Notes under the pieces: model-generated
Databases searched by the model: none
Seen by the model: only the letters and a program-made list of their open reading frames with translations
Told to the model about the DNA's origin: nothing
Made by a program: the position numbers and the translations under genes
Shown here: positions 25,547 to 39,029 of the stretch, in pieces
Layout of the letters: every line of letters starts with the position of its first letter
Numbering within the stretch: position 1 is the stretch's first letter
NCBI GenBank assembly: GCA_028534125.1
Contig: CM052816.1
Coordinates: 70,186,001-70,250,000 of the forward strand
Source: Lama glama
Lineage: Eukaryota
Direction of reading: 5' to 3'
DNA: 64,000 nucleotides

Positions 25547-27665
25547 TCTGTGGTAATTATGGGTGATAGTTTTTAAGTTTAAGTTTTCCAAGACTGAAGA
25601 TCGTGTGCATCAACGAAACTAAGGTCAACTAGGTTGACTTGTATAAATCATTTAACAAAAAATATAGATTGCAAAATTCTAAATAATTTTCTATAAATAA
25701 TAACTTCCTTTTCAAGAGATTCAGCAAAATTATTGAATCTTTCAACAGTCCTCTATTCAGCTAAATTTCTTTAGGATCTTTAGCAACTCAGGCTGTACAT
25801 CTTAAAGCTTTTAAATTTCTAAGGTGTCAGGGTTATCTCAGAATTTCACTGCAGGTCGGTAGTGCTTCAAGTCAAAGGGACATATAGTACTCCTGGAAAG
25901 GGGAACTAGGAAGAATCTTCCCACTTGATTTCTTGTACATGAGCACAACTCTGAAAAAACATAGCCAAGGAAAAGAGAATGAGAAGATTATGTGAGCTTC
26001 TTAGCAGTCTACTTGATGTTGATAATTGGCAGTGCACTGGTGAGGTTGTTAGTGTTTGGAGCATATAAAATGTTTCCATTTCAACACTTGGAGTCAATAA
26101 AACTTAAACTGTGCAATTATTCTTTGGGTCTTATCATTGAATCTTATATTTCCATATTATTTCCTCTTTAATATTCAATACTAATATTCATTAAAAGAGG
26201 TTTCATTGTAAATTACTGCAATAGGAAGTCTAATGTCTTTAGATTACCTTAACAAAGACTGAAGATAATCTCTAAAACTGGCATTGTGGATGTAATGGAA
26301 ACAAACATGATGTGAAATTGGTACTTGATCAGTTGCATCATCTAGATTTGCTTTATTCATAATGTGTTTCAGCCGATCAGAAGAGCAATGCCAAAATATT
26401 AACAATGCAAGCTTTTGAAGGCTTGTTTCATTGCATTATATTGTATCATCTTTGGCTTCATCTTTAAAGTTCAGTTTTTATGTTTCTTCTTAGGTAGAAG
26501 ATTCTTTCCCTGAAGGGATGTCTTTCACACTGTCAGTGAGTAGGTGCTAAGGGATGCAATAGGGACTCTCTCTAAATTATATTAGCCAGTTTTATTGCCC
26601 CTTCTGCTGGAATTGCCTTACCTCCTCTGATGCTGATTGGCCCTTGATGAGTTTTGGCTCATAATTGGTCTCCACCAAGATGGAATAGTCCATTTTAGTG
26701 CTGTTTTAATATTAGATTGTAGTTCACAGAGTCCTCGCAGTCTAGTAAAAATCAACTGAGCTTTTCTTAAAACCAGTTTCCTCACTAGAAAGTTCGAAGT
26801 GATTTCCATAGACTTACACTTGGGTCCCACAGATTCTTTTGGGAGGTAAAACTTTCTGAGTTAGTGGCCCTTGTTAAAGGCTGTATATTTCAAGCAGGTG
26901 CCTCTCATTCTGAAGAACTGTGGCTAGAGTAAAGAATGATTCTGAAATTTCCATTTTTAACTCTTCCTGTCTGGCAATCTTAGTACCAGATGGCTTAAAT
27001 GTGTTGCTGTGTCACTGTTATACATTGACTCAGCTAGACTCTGACCTTACAATTACCTCAAAGCACTCAAGCCAAAGGAAATAGTTAAGCAGGAGCTAGA
27101 GCAAACAAATAGGCCACATGCTTTATATGTTTACTATAATCACCTGCTCAAATGGAGGCACTGGTAATGCAGCTAGGAATTCTTTCTGCATTAATAAAAA
27201 AGAGATTTCTGATGATATCTAATAGCTAAAGTAATTCTGACTAGGAACAGTCATTGCCTCAGGCAGACAAACTGGATGGCTAGGGTAAAGGGGAGGAAGG
27301 AAAGAGAAGGGAGACTTACATTTCACTGAATACACTTTTGGACTTTGTACAATATGCATATATTATCTACTCAAAAATAGAAAATACAAAAAGTGTGACT
27401 ATAAATAAAAAGACAAAGAGAAAGAAAAGGACAAAGTAATTCAGCCTAATTACTTTGACTAAAAAGGAAGCATGGGCATACCGGTTTTTAGGAGAACTTT
27501 TTTTGTTGTTATTGTGGTTTAGCTTCTGACGTGTTTGCAGCTTTTCAGAACATAAGGTAAACTTCAGGCTTTGGGGAGATACTTGGGTGAACTTTTCTGC
27601 AGATATACTTTAAGGCAAGACCTCTGCTTTTGCTCACATGCAACATCAGGACATGTGCCATTTTG

Positions 27666-28368
27666 TATATATGTATATTTTATTGAAGTATAGGCATTTT
27701 ACAATGTTGTGTCAATTTCTGGTGTGCAGCATAATGCTTCAGTCATACTTGAACAGACATATATTCATTTTCATATTCTTTTTCACCATAAGTTACTATG
27801 AGATATTAAATAAAGTTCTCTGTGCTATACAGTATGAACTTATTTATCTGTTTTATATATATTAGTTAGTATCTGCAAATCTCAAACTCCCAATTTATCC
27901 CTTCCCACTCCTTTTCCCCCCTGGTAACCATAAGTTTGTTTTCTATGTCTGTGAGTTTGTTTCTGTTTTGTAAATAAGTTCTTTTTTTTTAGGTTCCACA
28001 TGTAAGTGATATCATGTGATGTTTTTCTTTCTCTTTCTGGCTTATTTCACTTAGAATGATGATCTCTAGATCCATCCATATTGCTGCAAATGGCATTATT
28101 TTATTAATTTTTTATGGCTGAGTAGTATTCTACTACTACATAAATATATCATAACATTTTTATCCAGTCATCTGTCAGTGGACATTTATATGGTTTCCAT
28201 GTCTTGATTATTGTACATAGTGCTGCTATGAACATTGGAGTGCATGTATCTTTTGAATTAAGGTTCCCTCTGGAGAACCCCCAGGAGTAGAATTGCTGGA
28301 TCACATGATAAGTGTATGTTTAGTCTTTTTGAAGAATCTCCATACTATTTTCCATAATGGCTGCAAGG
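27666..28368 (-). mobile_element. 5'-truncated LINE-1 3' end (camelid type)
   Basis: Similar to 161-665; TSD catgtgccattttg (27652-27665) / catgcgccattttg (28369-28382). Confidence 0.92.
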
Positions 28369-28502
28369 CATGCGCCATTTTGGGTCTCAGGTTTTATTTG
28401 GACATTTATCATAGGATCAGAGTCAAGGGGATGCTAAAGACCATCATTTAGAATTAATATACATCTTTTCCCCCCTTCTTGCAAATAAGAAAGCTGATAC
28501 TG

Positions 28503-28643
28503 GGGGAGGATATAGCTGAGTGGTAGATCACACACCTAGCATGCACAAGGTCTTGGATTCAGTCCCCAGTACCTCCATCAAAGTAAGTAAATACCTAATT
28601 ACCTCCCCTAAAACAATCAAAAACAAAATAAAACGAAACAAAA
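28503..28643 (+). mobile_element. Vic-1-like tRNA-derived SINE (camelid)
   Basis: A-box-like 'tatagctgagtggtaga', B-box-like 'ggattcagtcccc', body 'cctaattacctcccc', A-rich tail; TSD aagaaagctgatactg (28487-28502) / aagaaagccgatgctg (28644-28659). Confidence 0.88.
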
Positions 28644-29547
28644 AAGAAAGCCGATGCTGAGGGGCCACACCAAGAAACATTTAAGGTTACACAGACCTGC
28701 ACAAGCTGGGTGTGGTGCCAGGTTGGGCTCTTTTCCCAGTACAGTTGTATCTGGTGACTTGCTTGAATAGAGGATGGTATGTGTGACTTCGTTGGTGAAT
28801 GCAGGCATACTTTAAGGTGGATTTGGTGTTAGTGTCAGGAAAACCTAAAATTATTTATGATAAGGTATTTTAAGTTAATTTTAAAAAGTCATAATGAAAA
28901 TAATGGGACAATGTAAAATGTAGTCCAACTTCATTTTACCACTGGAGTGAAAATTTATATGGGAATGGAGAGATTTTATGAAGCAGTAAATATCCTTACA
29001 ATCTTGCTCTTAGTGTGAGAATTACCAATTTTGCTGTCTTTGTCCAAGTGTGTTTGCTTTTGTACCCCCAGGAAAGTAGGAATAGAAACAGCAAGACATT
29101 TCCAGGAGTGCAGGGTAAGTGGCTTGCTCTTCTTAGACATTCAAGGTGCAGACTACTAAGGAAATCCCATATTAGAATGGGATTTTGGGTGATTAAAATC
29201 CAAAAGATCTTGTGGGGGTGAATCGAGAAGCAGTGAGAGAAGGAAATTGTGTTGTTCTGACATAGAAGCCAGTTCTTAAGGAATAGGAATCCTAATTGCA
29301 AGGGGAGTATGCCACTCTAAGGGGGACTCTCACCATTGGAGCTGTGCTAGATTGTGCTTAAGGATGGGGCTGTGGTCTGGACCAGAAGTGACTTGACTTA
29401 CCCATTTTTAACCTGTATTTTGCAAAAACCTCTGAAGTTGTCTCCCTGGCCCTGTGCTCATGTCACTGCAACCCATCTGCATGTGGCTGCCAGAATACAG
29501 TTTACGAAATGCATTTCTTCTCTGGTCATTATTACTTAAAGTCCTTT

Positions 29548-30361
29548 TTAAAATTAAAAAATTGTTTATATTTAATTGAAGTATATTTGGTTTACAATGT
29601 TGCATTAATTTCTGGTGTACAGCATAGTGATTCAGTTACACACATATATATTCCTTTTCATGTTCTTTTTCATTATGGGCTATTCCAAGATATTGAATAT
29701 AGTTCCCTGTGCTATATAGTAGGACCTTGTTGTTTATCTAATTTATGTATAGTAGTCAGTATCTGCAAATCTGAATTCCCAATTTTTCTCTCCCCCTTCT
29801 CCCCTCCTGATAACTCTAAGTTTGTTTTCTGTGTCTGAGTCTGTTTCTGTTTTGTAAATAAGTTCATTTGTGTCAATTTTTAAGATTCCACATATAAATG
29901 ATTTCATATGGTATTTTTCTTTCTCTTTCTGGCTTACTTCACTTAGTGTGACGATCTCCAGGTAGATCCATGTTGCTGTAAATAGCATTTTATTATTTTT
30001 ATGGCTGAGTATTCCGTTGTACGTATGTATGTATGCGCGCGCGCGTGTGTGTGTGTGTGTGTGTGCGTATGTATACCACAACTTCTTTATTCAGTCATCT
30101 GTCAATGAACATTCAGGTTGTTTCCATATCTTGACTATTGTAAATAGTACTACTGTGAATATTGGAGTGCATGTATCTTTGAATTAGAGTTTCCTTCAGA
30201 TATATGCTCCAGAGTGGGATTGCTGGATCACATGGTAAGTCTATTTTAGTTTTTAAGGAATCCCCATACTGATTTCCATAATGGCTACACCAAACTACAT
30301 TCCCACCAACAGTGTGGAAGGGTTCCCTTTTCTCCACACCCTCTCCAGCATTTATTGTTTG
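29548..30361 (-). mobile_element. 5'-truncated LINE-1 3' end (copy A of a tandem pair)
   Basis: L1 3'UTR and ORF2 C-terminus (ORF 30113-30337 [14 protein letters not shown]); flanked by taaagtccttt (29537-29547) and tgaagtccttt (30362-30372). Confidence 0.92.
30018..30076. repeat. Compound (TATG)n(CG)5(TG)n microsatellite
   Basis: 59 nt of uninterrupted purine-pyrimidine alternation inside the L1. Confidence 0.9.
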
Positions 30362-30372
30362 TGAAGTCCTTT

Positions 30373-30515
30373 TTTAAAAAAAATTGAAGTATAGTTGATT
30401 AACAGTGTTGTGTTAGTCTCTGGTGTACAGCATGGTGATTCATTTATATACACACACACATATATATTCTTTTTCATTATAGATTACTATAAAATATTGA
30501 ATTTAGTTCCCTATA
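30373..30515 (-). mobile_element. Short LINE-1 3' end (copy B of a tandem pair)
   Basis: 'attgaagtatagttgattaacagtgttgtgttagtctctggtgtacagc'; followed by taaagtccttt (30516-30526). Confidence 0.9.
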
Positions 30516-31149
30516 TAAAGTCCTTTAATGGCTCCTCATTGCCTCTGGTATAAAGTTAAAAGTCCTTAATGGAGCTTGCAAAGCCCTTCACAAGTCAACC
30601 CCTGTCAACATCTCAGCCCCATTTTCCTCCACTCGCCAAAAGTCCTGAAAGTCCTCACCTGTCTGAACAGTTTGCAATGCTTGAACATACTGTGGTCTAT
30701 CATGTCTCTGAAACCTGGTTACCTGCAATTGTAAGATACTTCCCTTTCCTTTTTTTTTTTTTTAACCCATTTCTGTCTTGTGTTTGATGTTTCAGTTCAA
30801 GCACCATTTCATCTATTATTCATTCATCAAACATTATTGTCACTGGGGATATAAATATGAGTAAGAAACATGGTCCTTTCTCTGGAGGAGCTTTCAGTCT
30901 ATGGGTGATAGATATGTAAACAATTAAATGAGCTAGTTACAGGCCTATGCACAGGTCATAGTAAGGTATAGAAGAGGAACAGAAATATTCTTTGATTCCC
31001 TCCACAATGTCAAAGGCCCTCACTTAGTGCTCTCCCAGTCACTAAGCCACTAAACCTGTATACATGCATATCACTTGAATTCTAATCATTGGCTCATTTT
31101 CTCTTCAAGTGGGAACTACCTCAATGATTTCTAAATCTCCAGCCCCTGC

Positions 31150-31662
31150 TACTTTACTGGCCTGTGGTGGGAACTTCAAGAATGTTTTCTTCCCTAGCGA
31201 ATAATTGTAGGAGTGATTACACTCAGGAAGTGTTGGAACTCTGTGTAGTCCAGCCAGTGGGAGGGAGCTGGACCAAAACAGGTCATGGAGAATAAGGCCC
31301 AGAATGTGTGGCATAACAGGCCTAACCTACCCATAAGCTCAAATTATGAAGGACAAATTTAGTGGCCTGCAGTGGAAGCCATTCTGTAGAGAAGAGAATG
31401 GAGCAGATTCCAGAAAGAAGTAGAAACAAGAAACCCTGAGGGCAAGAAAGAAGGGGAGGGAGAGAGGTGCTGCTTGTCTCTGAAGAGTTGGGAGAGTCAG
31501 TCCCATCTAACCCAGCTGAACTTCATTTCTGGGAGAGCTCCGTATACCTAACAAGATGTTCTGTTTCCCCCTCTCACATCTTCCCTACTCTTTTATTTAT
31601 TTAGTCTTTAGTAAACTTAAGTAGGTTTTTATTTCATGCAACGCTAAGACATTTGACTACAT
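31150..31662 (+). mobile_element. Old MaLR-like LTR (MLT1M/N-like)
   Basis: End resembles an MLT1 3' terminus 'ttaagtaggtttttatttcatgcaac...tgactaca'; highly diverged. Confidence 0.4.
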
Positions 31663-33549
31663 GTTATTAATATACTGAGATTTTCAGAACAGCATAGGGG
31701 AACATAATCAACAAGTAATTCATGAACTGGTGAGGATACTTTCCCCTTCTCACTGTAGTTCAATCACCTGTCACGTATTTACACTTTAAAAATATTTCTG
31801 GATAAATTAAACAATTTAGAAATGTTTTTTAGTCTTGTTATTTGAAAATGAAAATGACCTGGACTATTACAGCCAAGAGAAGGGCTGAAATGAATCAATT
31901 ATTTGCATTATTTGACTGGTTGTCATTATTTGTTGATCTGTTTTGGTTTAAATGACCTAAAGGAGTGTTCCAAAGTATCTTCCAGGAAACCTAAGCAGTC
32001 CTGAATCCATGGGAGTAGGAACATCCAAATCTCTGTAATTATCTAGCTATAGTAGTAAATGGCAGTCTAACCCAGGAACACTTGGGAAAACTTTTGAGTG
32101 TAAGCCATAAGAATAAAGTATCCTATTTTAATAACACGGTCGGATGTATAGGAATATTAGTAAAATGAAGAAATTCCTGGCATTCTTGAAGAAAAAGAAT
32201 TAGTTTTGACTGATTATCTTGGAATTCAGGTTTAGAATAAACAAATTCATCAGTTACGTCAAACTTTTCTAATTATTCAAAGGTAAAAAGAAATTTGGAG
32301 GTATTCTAAATTTGTATAAGTATATAGAAGAAAAAGAAATCTGTCCTCGTTTTAGGAAACATATACGTACATGCTATGCTTAATTGCAGATACTTTTAAT
32401 ATTCTCATGTTCTAGAATTTCTGTCTCATTCTCAGTTATGTCCTTTTGTTCTTATGTTAATGGTTTTTATTTTAAGCTATCCCCAAATTCTTTTAAGATG
32501 GAATCAGAGGTGTGAATAATGTATAGAGGATAGATATTTAATGAATAGAAGATATTTCCCATTCTTGTGGCTATATTGATGAACCTCTCACAATTTGTAT
32601 TTGACTGGGTCAGAAGTGAACTCCATACCATATGAAGTAGACAGAAAAGCCTCATATATATTGGGACACTAGGCTCGTCCCAGGGGCAGCAGACTTTTGT
32701 TGTTCCTTCTAGGTCCAAGACCTCAATTGGAGTTTTTTTGGCAGTACACAATCAAAAATTTAGGACGGTAAAAAAAGCTGTGATTAATTTTTTATTATAT
32801 GCAGGATATTAATGATTACAATATTTATTAATAGTACATGATTTCATGTTAATATTTCAAGGAAGTAGTTTATATATCCTTACTTACCAAGCAAGAGATT
32901 CAAGGCCCAAGAAAGAGTCTTAGAGCTGGGTTTTTAAATCTTGTTTTTTGGTTTTCAGTTAGCCTACTGATTATCTCAGTGCTTCCAAACTGATGTGCTT
33001 AAAATCAATTTCAAATTCTAACACCTTGGTTGAAATTCACCTTGAAAACTGGTGTAACATTGGAAGAATGCTGTTGGATGAGATCTGAAGAAGAAAGGTG
33101 GAAGTGATGTGCAAGATCTGGGAAGAGTGTGCCATTGACTAGCACTTCCTCCTTCCTTGGCCTTCCACACTCCTTTGGTGACAGATGGCCTCAGTGAATG
33201 TCTGCATTCTCAAACATTCATTAGGTTTGGCTCCAAGATTCTCTTTTCCATAAAACTTGTTGGATTTCTTTTGTCCAGTCTTAGAAAGCAAGAGACATGT
33301 ATTATTTGTTCTTTTTATCCCCTAGAGGAAACTAATAATACATACAGTCTGTAAGGCTTCAACTAAAATTACGTCTTTAAAAATGGAGGGATACTATATA
33401 TTCACATTGAGCTTTCTTCTGTGATCTAAGTCATATTCTGTTCATGTTGATTTTCATACGAGTGCGCAAGTTGAGGAAAGGAAGAAGACAGAAAATATCC
33501 TAGCACTTTTGCAAAAATGACTCAAATTAACTGTTTAAAAAAAAGGAGA

Positions 33550-33866
33550 CAGATATTTTGAACATGGGAGGCTATTTGATATTATAGAGTTATTGTTAAT
33601 TGTTTTAGTTGGCATAATGATATCTTGGCTGTTTTTAAAGCAAAATTATTAGAGATGCTGAAATATTTGTGGATAAAATAATAGGATATTTGAGATTTGC
33701 TTTGAATTAATGTGGAAGGGACAAGTAGATGGGGGTAGGGTGAACTACGATTAACCACGGATTGATAATTGTTGAATCTGCATCCTAGGTATATGGGAGT
33801 TCATTAATAATTCTGTCTAGTTTTGTTAGCATTTAAAACTTTCTGTCATAAAAACTTAAAAAAATA
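33550..33866 (+). mobile_element. L1MC4/5-like 3' end
   Basis: 'ttagagatgctgaaatattt', 'ttgataattgttgaatctg...ggtatatgggagttcatta', A-rich end. Confidence 0.7.
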
Positions 33867-36800
33867 ATGTGAGAGTTTTAAAATGCTTTGTAGACAACAC
33901 ATGATTTTCTTCTCCCTGCTGTCAAGTCAGGTCTCAGACCTAATAACTACAGGGCTGAATAGAGAGGAGCAAAACCAGGCACAGAGCTGGTTATTGGAGG
34001 GTGTAATTGTGTGTATTTGTGTGGTTTTTTTGTGTAACTGTGTTGGTCATATATGTACGTAGGTCATAGAATAAGTGAAAAATTTGAAATACGTATCAAA
34101 GCTTAATAGTAAATACACTGTTTTTAGACAATATATTGAATTACTCATGCTTCTTACTCCTTTTGTTAGTTACGTGCCACTGTATAATAGCACTTGAGAT
34201 GTGGAAATATCTTTAGTTCTCATATTCATTAGCTGATCCACCAGCAAATTTACAGGTAAACATTTATTACTTTTGGTTAATCACTGAAAGAGAGTTTTAA
34301 GAAAGATTAAATAACTTTCTTAACATTTATTTAGTCAGTAGCATAAGCAGAAAATAAGACCCTGTTAGTGATATTTTTAGCTTTCAGTTTACCAGTCTTC
34401 ATGTTCTCCTAACATTCCCATGAGTTTTAGTCACAATTTTTGTTTTTTACTATAACAAAATAAAATACTTTAAAACTTAGGCATCATGGAACAAGTTCAG
34501 ATAATGAAGTGCCAACTGAATCTTGGAACCATTCCTTACATATTTGTCATCAAGAGTCAAAAGTAATAGGGAAGAAATTAGGCAGATAAAAGCAGTTTGG
34601 TTTCACAGGAACAAAATTGACTGTGTATAGTCAGTGCTGTGGAATTCAGATTTCTGCCACTACCACTATCACTACCATCCTCTCTAATCAGTTTCAGCAG
34701 ATACATTGGGTTGAATTAACAGCCGGAAATCCTCTACTACAGTGAAACTCAACATTTCTGCTTAAGTCTACAATGTTTAGTCATAGCTCATGTTTATTCT
34801 TTTTACATTCTGAAACTGTTATACATGGCCTGTCATTGAATTACTTTCAATTAGTGTTCCCTTGTTGAGTTTTGCCAGGAAGCCTGCCCAGTCTTTTGAC
34901 CAACTGATACAGTGTTGGTAGGTGTTTCGGAGAGAGCGCTGTACTCCTTTTTATAACAATGTTTTCAGAGTCAAAGTTTTAACCAAATTATCTTTGTCTG
35001 CCTCTCTGATTTCAGTGACTAATAAAAGGTGATTCTTTTTTAAGGTAATTTCGTTATGTTTAGCCACCAGGTACACCTTTTATTTAGATTTCAGTTGGAG
35101 TAACACCGTATTACATCTCCCAATTTCTTAGACATGATTAAGCAGAGCACATTTTATAGCTATTTATGTGGACTTGGAGGGAGTTCATAATTTCTGTTAA
35201 GGAAGAGTTACTACTTTGCCCAGAATAAATGTGTAGTACATTTCAGATCTCCATAGACTAGAATGAAGAGCCCCCCCAAAAGGTGGCAGAATCAATAGCT
35301 GTTATCTTCCTAGGTATAGTTTATTTCTTTTTGTTTCTGCCTGGTTCACCATTTCAGCACCAAGTTGATAAAAATTTTCATAGGGGTAGTCTTTTTTGAT
35401 ATCAGCAGGTGGAATTGTTGTCAGGCAACAAACAAAATCCAAAGATTATTTTTGCTTGTGATAACTTTCATGTGATCTTAAAGGTATTATACCAGTTTCT
35501 ATACCGTTGTTTTAGTCAATTTGCTGGTGACAGCATTGCAAAAGTGATGGACAGTTTGCACTTCCATGCTTTCTTGTGAATTGAGATGATTGGTTTTGAA
35601 AATGGGCAGTTTCTGCCATCATCAATGACAGAGGCTAAGAAAAAGGACAAATATTATAGTAATGACACTCCATGGGCACAGTGTTGTCCTCCAGTCACTG
35701 AAGAGCACATTCTAATAATGGAGGCATTAATTCTTACTTGTTGCACCATGAAACAAAGATACAATAATGATCAGGGCTCTAAATGGCAAATTTCACCCTT
35801 ACAAGTAAATTACTCTGTAAGCATTAGCCCTTAAAGAAGCACAGAAGGGTAAAAAGCAAGAACAGGGAAATTTTCAAAATGTGCCAGAATCATGTAGATA
35901 ATTGCTTCCAAGTTTAATTGCCCTCTGTTTGCCTTTAAAGACTGAGACCTTCATTTGAGTGTCATTTGGAACAACCAAGTAACAACTCCTCTGCAGCATG
36001 GATCCGGGTGACAGAGTGACCAATGCTTTTTAGTGATGATATTAATATTGGAAGTCAGATCCCATCACAAAAATATACCCCAATAGGTATCAGTGGGAAA
36101 ATAAATCTGAGAACTATTCTCTTTTCCAAAAATGTTCTCTTAGAATTAGTTGGGTCTTCTTGACTTGAAAGGATGAATATATTTTAGAAAGTGCCAAACT
36201 TCCTATTGAATAATTCATTTGCTGAATGATAAAGTTGGTTCAGCAAAGTCTGGGGTTGCCATCTATGTAGCTTTCACTCAAATAATGGGGGATAAACCAG
36301 AATAATCATTGCCCTAGGTGCCCAAACACACAAGTTATTCACAGGAGTTCTCAGCAGCCACTGTAGAAAATAAAAAAGTCCAAAAACCAAAATCACTGTT
36401 TGCACAATTCTTGACCAAGCATTGAAAAGTATAATGTGAAATGCTTATTAAACACCTTACAGACACATATTAACATTCTTATTAATATTAACCTAATCTT
36501 GGTTCAATAAACTTGTGCCACAAAGAAATATGACATCTATGGAACATTTGAGCTCTGTAATTGGGTAGCAAAAATACTAAACAGAGACCTAAACTCACTT
36601 GGAAATGTTTACTTTTATTTAAAAACAATTCTCAAGTGCCTTTCTGCTTTCTGATTTCATCCAGGACAAGAATGAAAATACTGAAATGTGGCAGGATTTC
36701 TAATAGAATGAAAGCCAAGAAACACTGAAAACATAGTCTTAAGATTTCCGGTTTAATTTCCAGGACAAAGAGATTCATTGTCAGTTTTTATCATCTCTGC

Positions 36801-39029
36801 TACATAGATACCTTGATCAACAAAAGCTATCGACCTCTTTGGGGTCACCTGGTGCCCCATTTTGGCTCTGATTTTGTACTGCTCTTCCCAGTAGTGTTTT
36901 GGGATGAGGCCAGCCTCTCTGTACCACAATGGCTCCTAAGCATTCCCCGAGGAAGAACTGGAAAATATTTGGGATTTTTTTTCTATACTTTCACATTAGC
37001 TTATTCTCAGAGCACTTATCATTTGTGTTTTGAGCTGCATGTTGGATAAAGAAATATGGAAGAAGCATTGAAGAACTTTTTTCCCTAAAGAGTAATATCA
37101 TATTTTTGTTAGTATAGTATTTTGTTTTGCTTTGACACGTGGCTTCTGTAAAAATTTCATTTAGTCTTTCTCTTTGAATTTACCCAATTGAAGGGAATGA
37201 AAACAAACAGCACAGCTGTTTTTCGTATTATGAATTTAGTTGCTTTTCCTGGTCAATCTTTCAATGGTATCATTCAGCTCATTATCTTATATCTATTATG
37301 TATAACACAACAGAATGTATCAATTTTCTGAATTTATGACAAAATTCATTAGTACTCTGGTTTTCACTTAGCACTTATTTTCCACAAATGCTATATCCTT
37401 TTCTTGTAACCTTAACTTTATTCTTTTGCTTGAATGTGGGAGTAAGTTAAGAAAGGCAAGCTTTTGTTAACAGCCAGTTCTTTCGTATCACCTTGGCATA
37501 TACAATTACACAATATAGGACAGAGAAGGAACTGCAAAAGGAAACAGAGGTTACTAAACTTGGTTGAGGGGTGGCACCTGGTTCTTGGCTGTCCTGATTT
37601 GCTTTGGGCCAGAATGTGTGGAACAGATGTTAATGTTTTTTGATTTATTGCTGGACTTTATGTCTGGGTATGTTCTAGGATATCACTGTATCTTATGATA
37701 CTTCACTGAATGGTTCATTGCCATTTCTTTTTCTACATCCTCACAGCTACCTATGTCAACTTTTAACACCTTACACTTTAAAAATCAACTATATCCTCCT
37801 AGCTGGAAATTGTGACTATTCACGAGAATGGTGGGATTAAGCTGGGAATAAGCAGAACTGAAAGAGGCTGGACTCAGCAGATAAAACCCCTTTTGGGGTC
37901 AACTTACTGTCCATTGGACTTCCCATTGAACTATCACTGCTGAGTGGCTCTATACCCATTGCCTCCCACTGCCTCCCACCAGATTCCTCCAGTGACTCGG
38001 CCACTAAACAGAAAGCTTCTGGTTTATTCCAATGTGGCAGGTAGGAATGACTTTTCTTTTATATTCCACCTTGGCCTCTATCCCTGGTTTTTGCTCTCCG
38101 TTTATATTTACCAGTCTTTCTGCTCTGCATCTGCTTTAAACAACCAGCACTTTACAATATGGGTCTTCAGTTTTCCGTAACAATTAACAATGAAAATTAT
38201 GGAAGATATGGTTCATCTTGATACTCAGGTATTAGCCACCGAGGGAACTGTTTTAGTAATTTCTCTTTTATGTACAATGTTTGTTCTCTTCTCAGAGATG
38301 CTCACCAGTTATGTTTTTATAAATGCAGATTAATCTCTCCATTAGAAGGAAAGGTGAATTATATTAAAGGATGGCTTTTTATCTGGAGAGTTATCGGAAT
38401 AGATGAGGGGTTTTCTAGATAGATTAGAAAAATCTGCCAGGTTACATTATGTCTTTCAGTGTACTGGCTTTTTATGTTCTGCCACAAGCCATTTTAAAGA
38501 GATAAAGTCAGTTCATAACACATCAATACTCTATTGCCATCCATTTCCATGACCTTGCCTCCTTTATTTTTGTGTCTTCTGATTGATCACTGAAGGAAGG
38601 GTGTTACACAGTACATGATATCTTGGTCTTTGGCTCTTTATCTAGCTCTTCTCTTTTCTGTGCTGGGTGTTCTGTCTGCTCTTAGTTTATACTAATTTTC
38701 GCTTTTTCTTCTGGTATCTTTTGATACCACGTAGGCCATAGACATATCAGCCCTTTAGGCACAAATTGCCAAAATCATCTTGCTTTTGATTTTGCCCTAT
38801 TCCAGCATGGCCCTTGATCCTTGACTTCTCTGCTATTCTTGGACTTATCTGCTAATCTTGCTTTCCCCAGCTCTGTCTCCGTTTGTGGTTGAAACTCATT
38901 CCTCTGGCTCTTTTCAGCCTGTCACATGGGATGAGATTTCTTCTTGCCTGTCCCCAGCTCTTGAGACCCTAAAACTTGATAAGGTTTACTTTCCTGGCTC
39001 AGAGGATTTTGATTCTCCAGTAGGGCCTT

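Larger units (their letters stand above)
29440..30810 (+). mobile_element. L2 LINE remnant hosting two L1 insertions
   Basis: 'gctgccagaata...cttaaagtccttt' rejoins 'aatggctcctcattgcctctggtataaag...aaagcccttcac', giving the L2 3'-region motif. Confidence 0.65.

Noticed and set aside
28503..28575. tRNA gene
   Set aside because: The tRNA-like head continues into a SINE body, tail and TSD, and the boxes are degenerate
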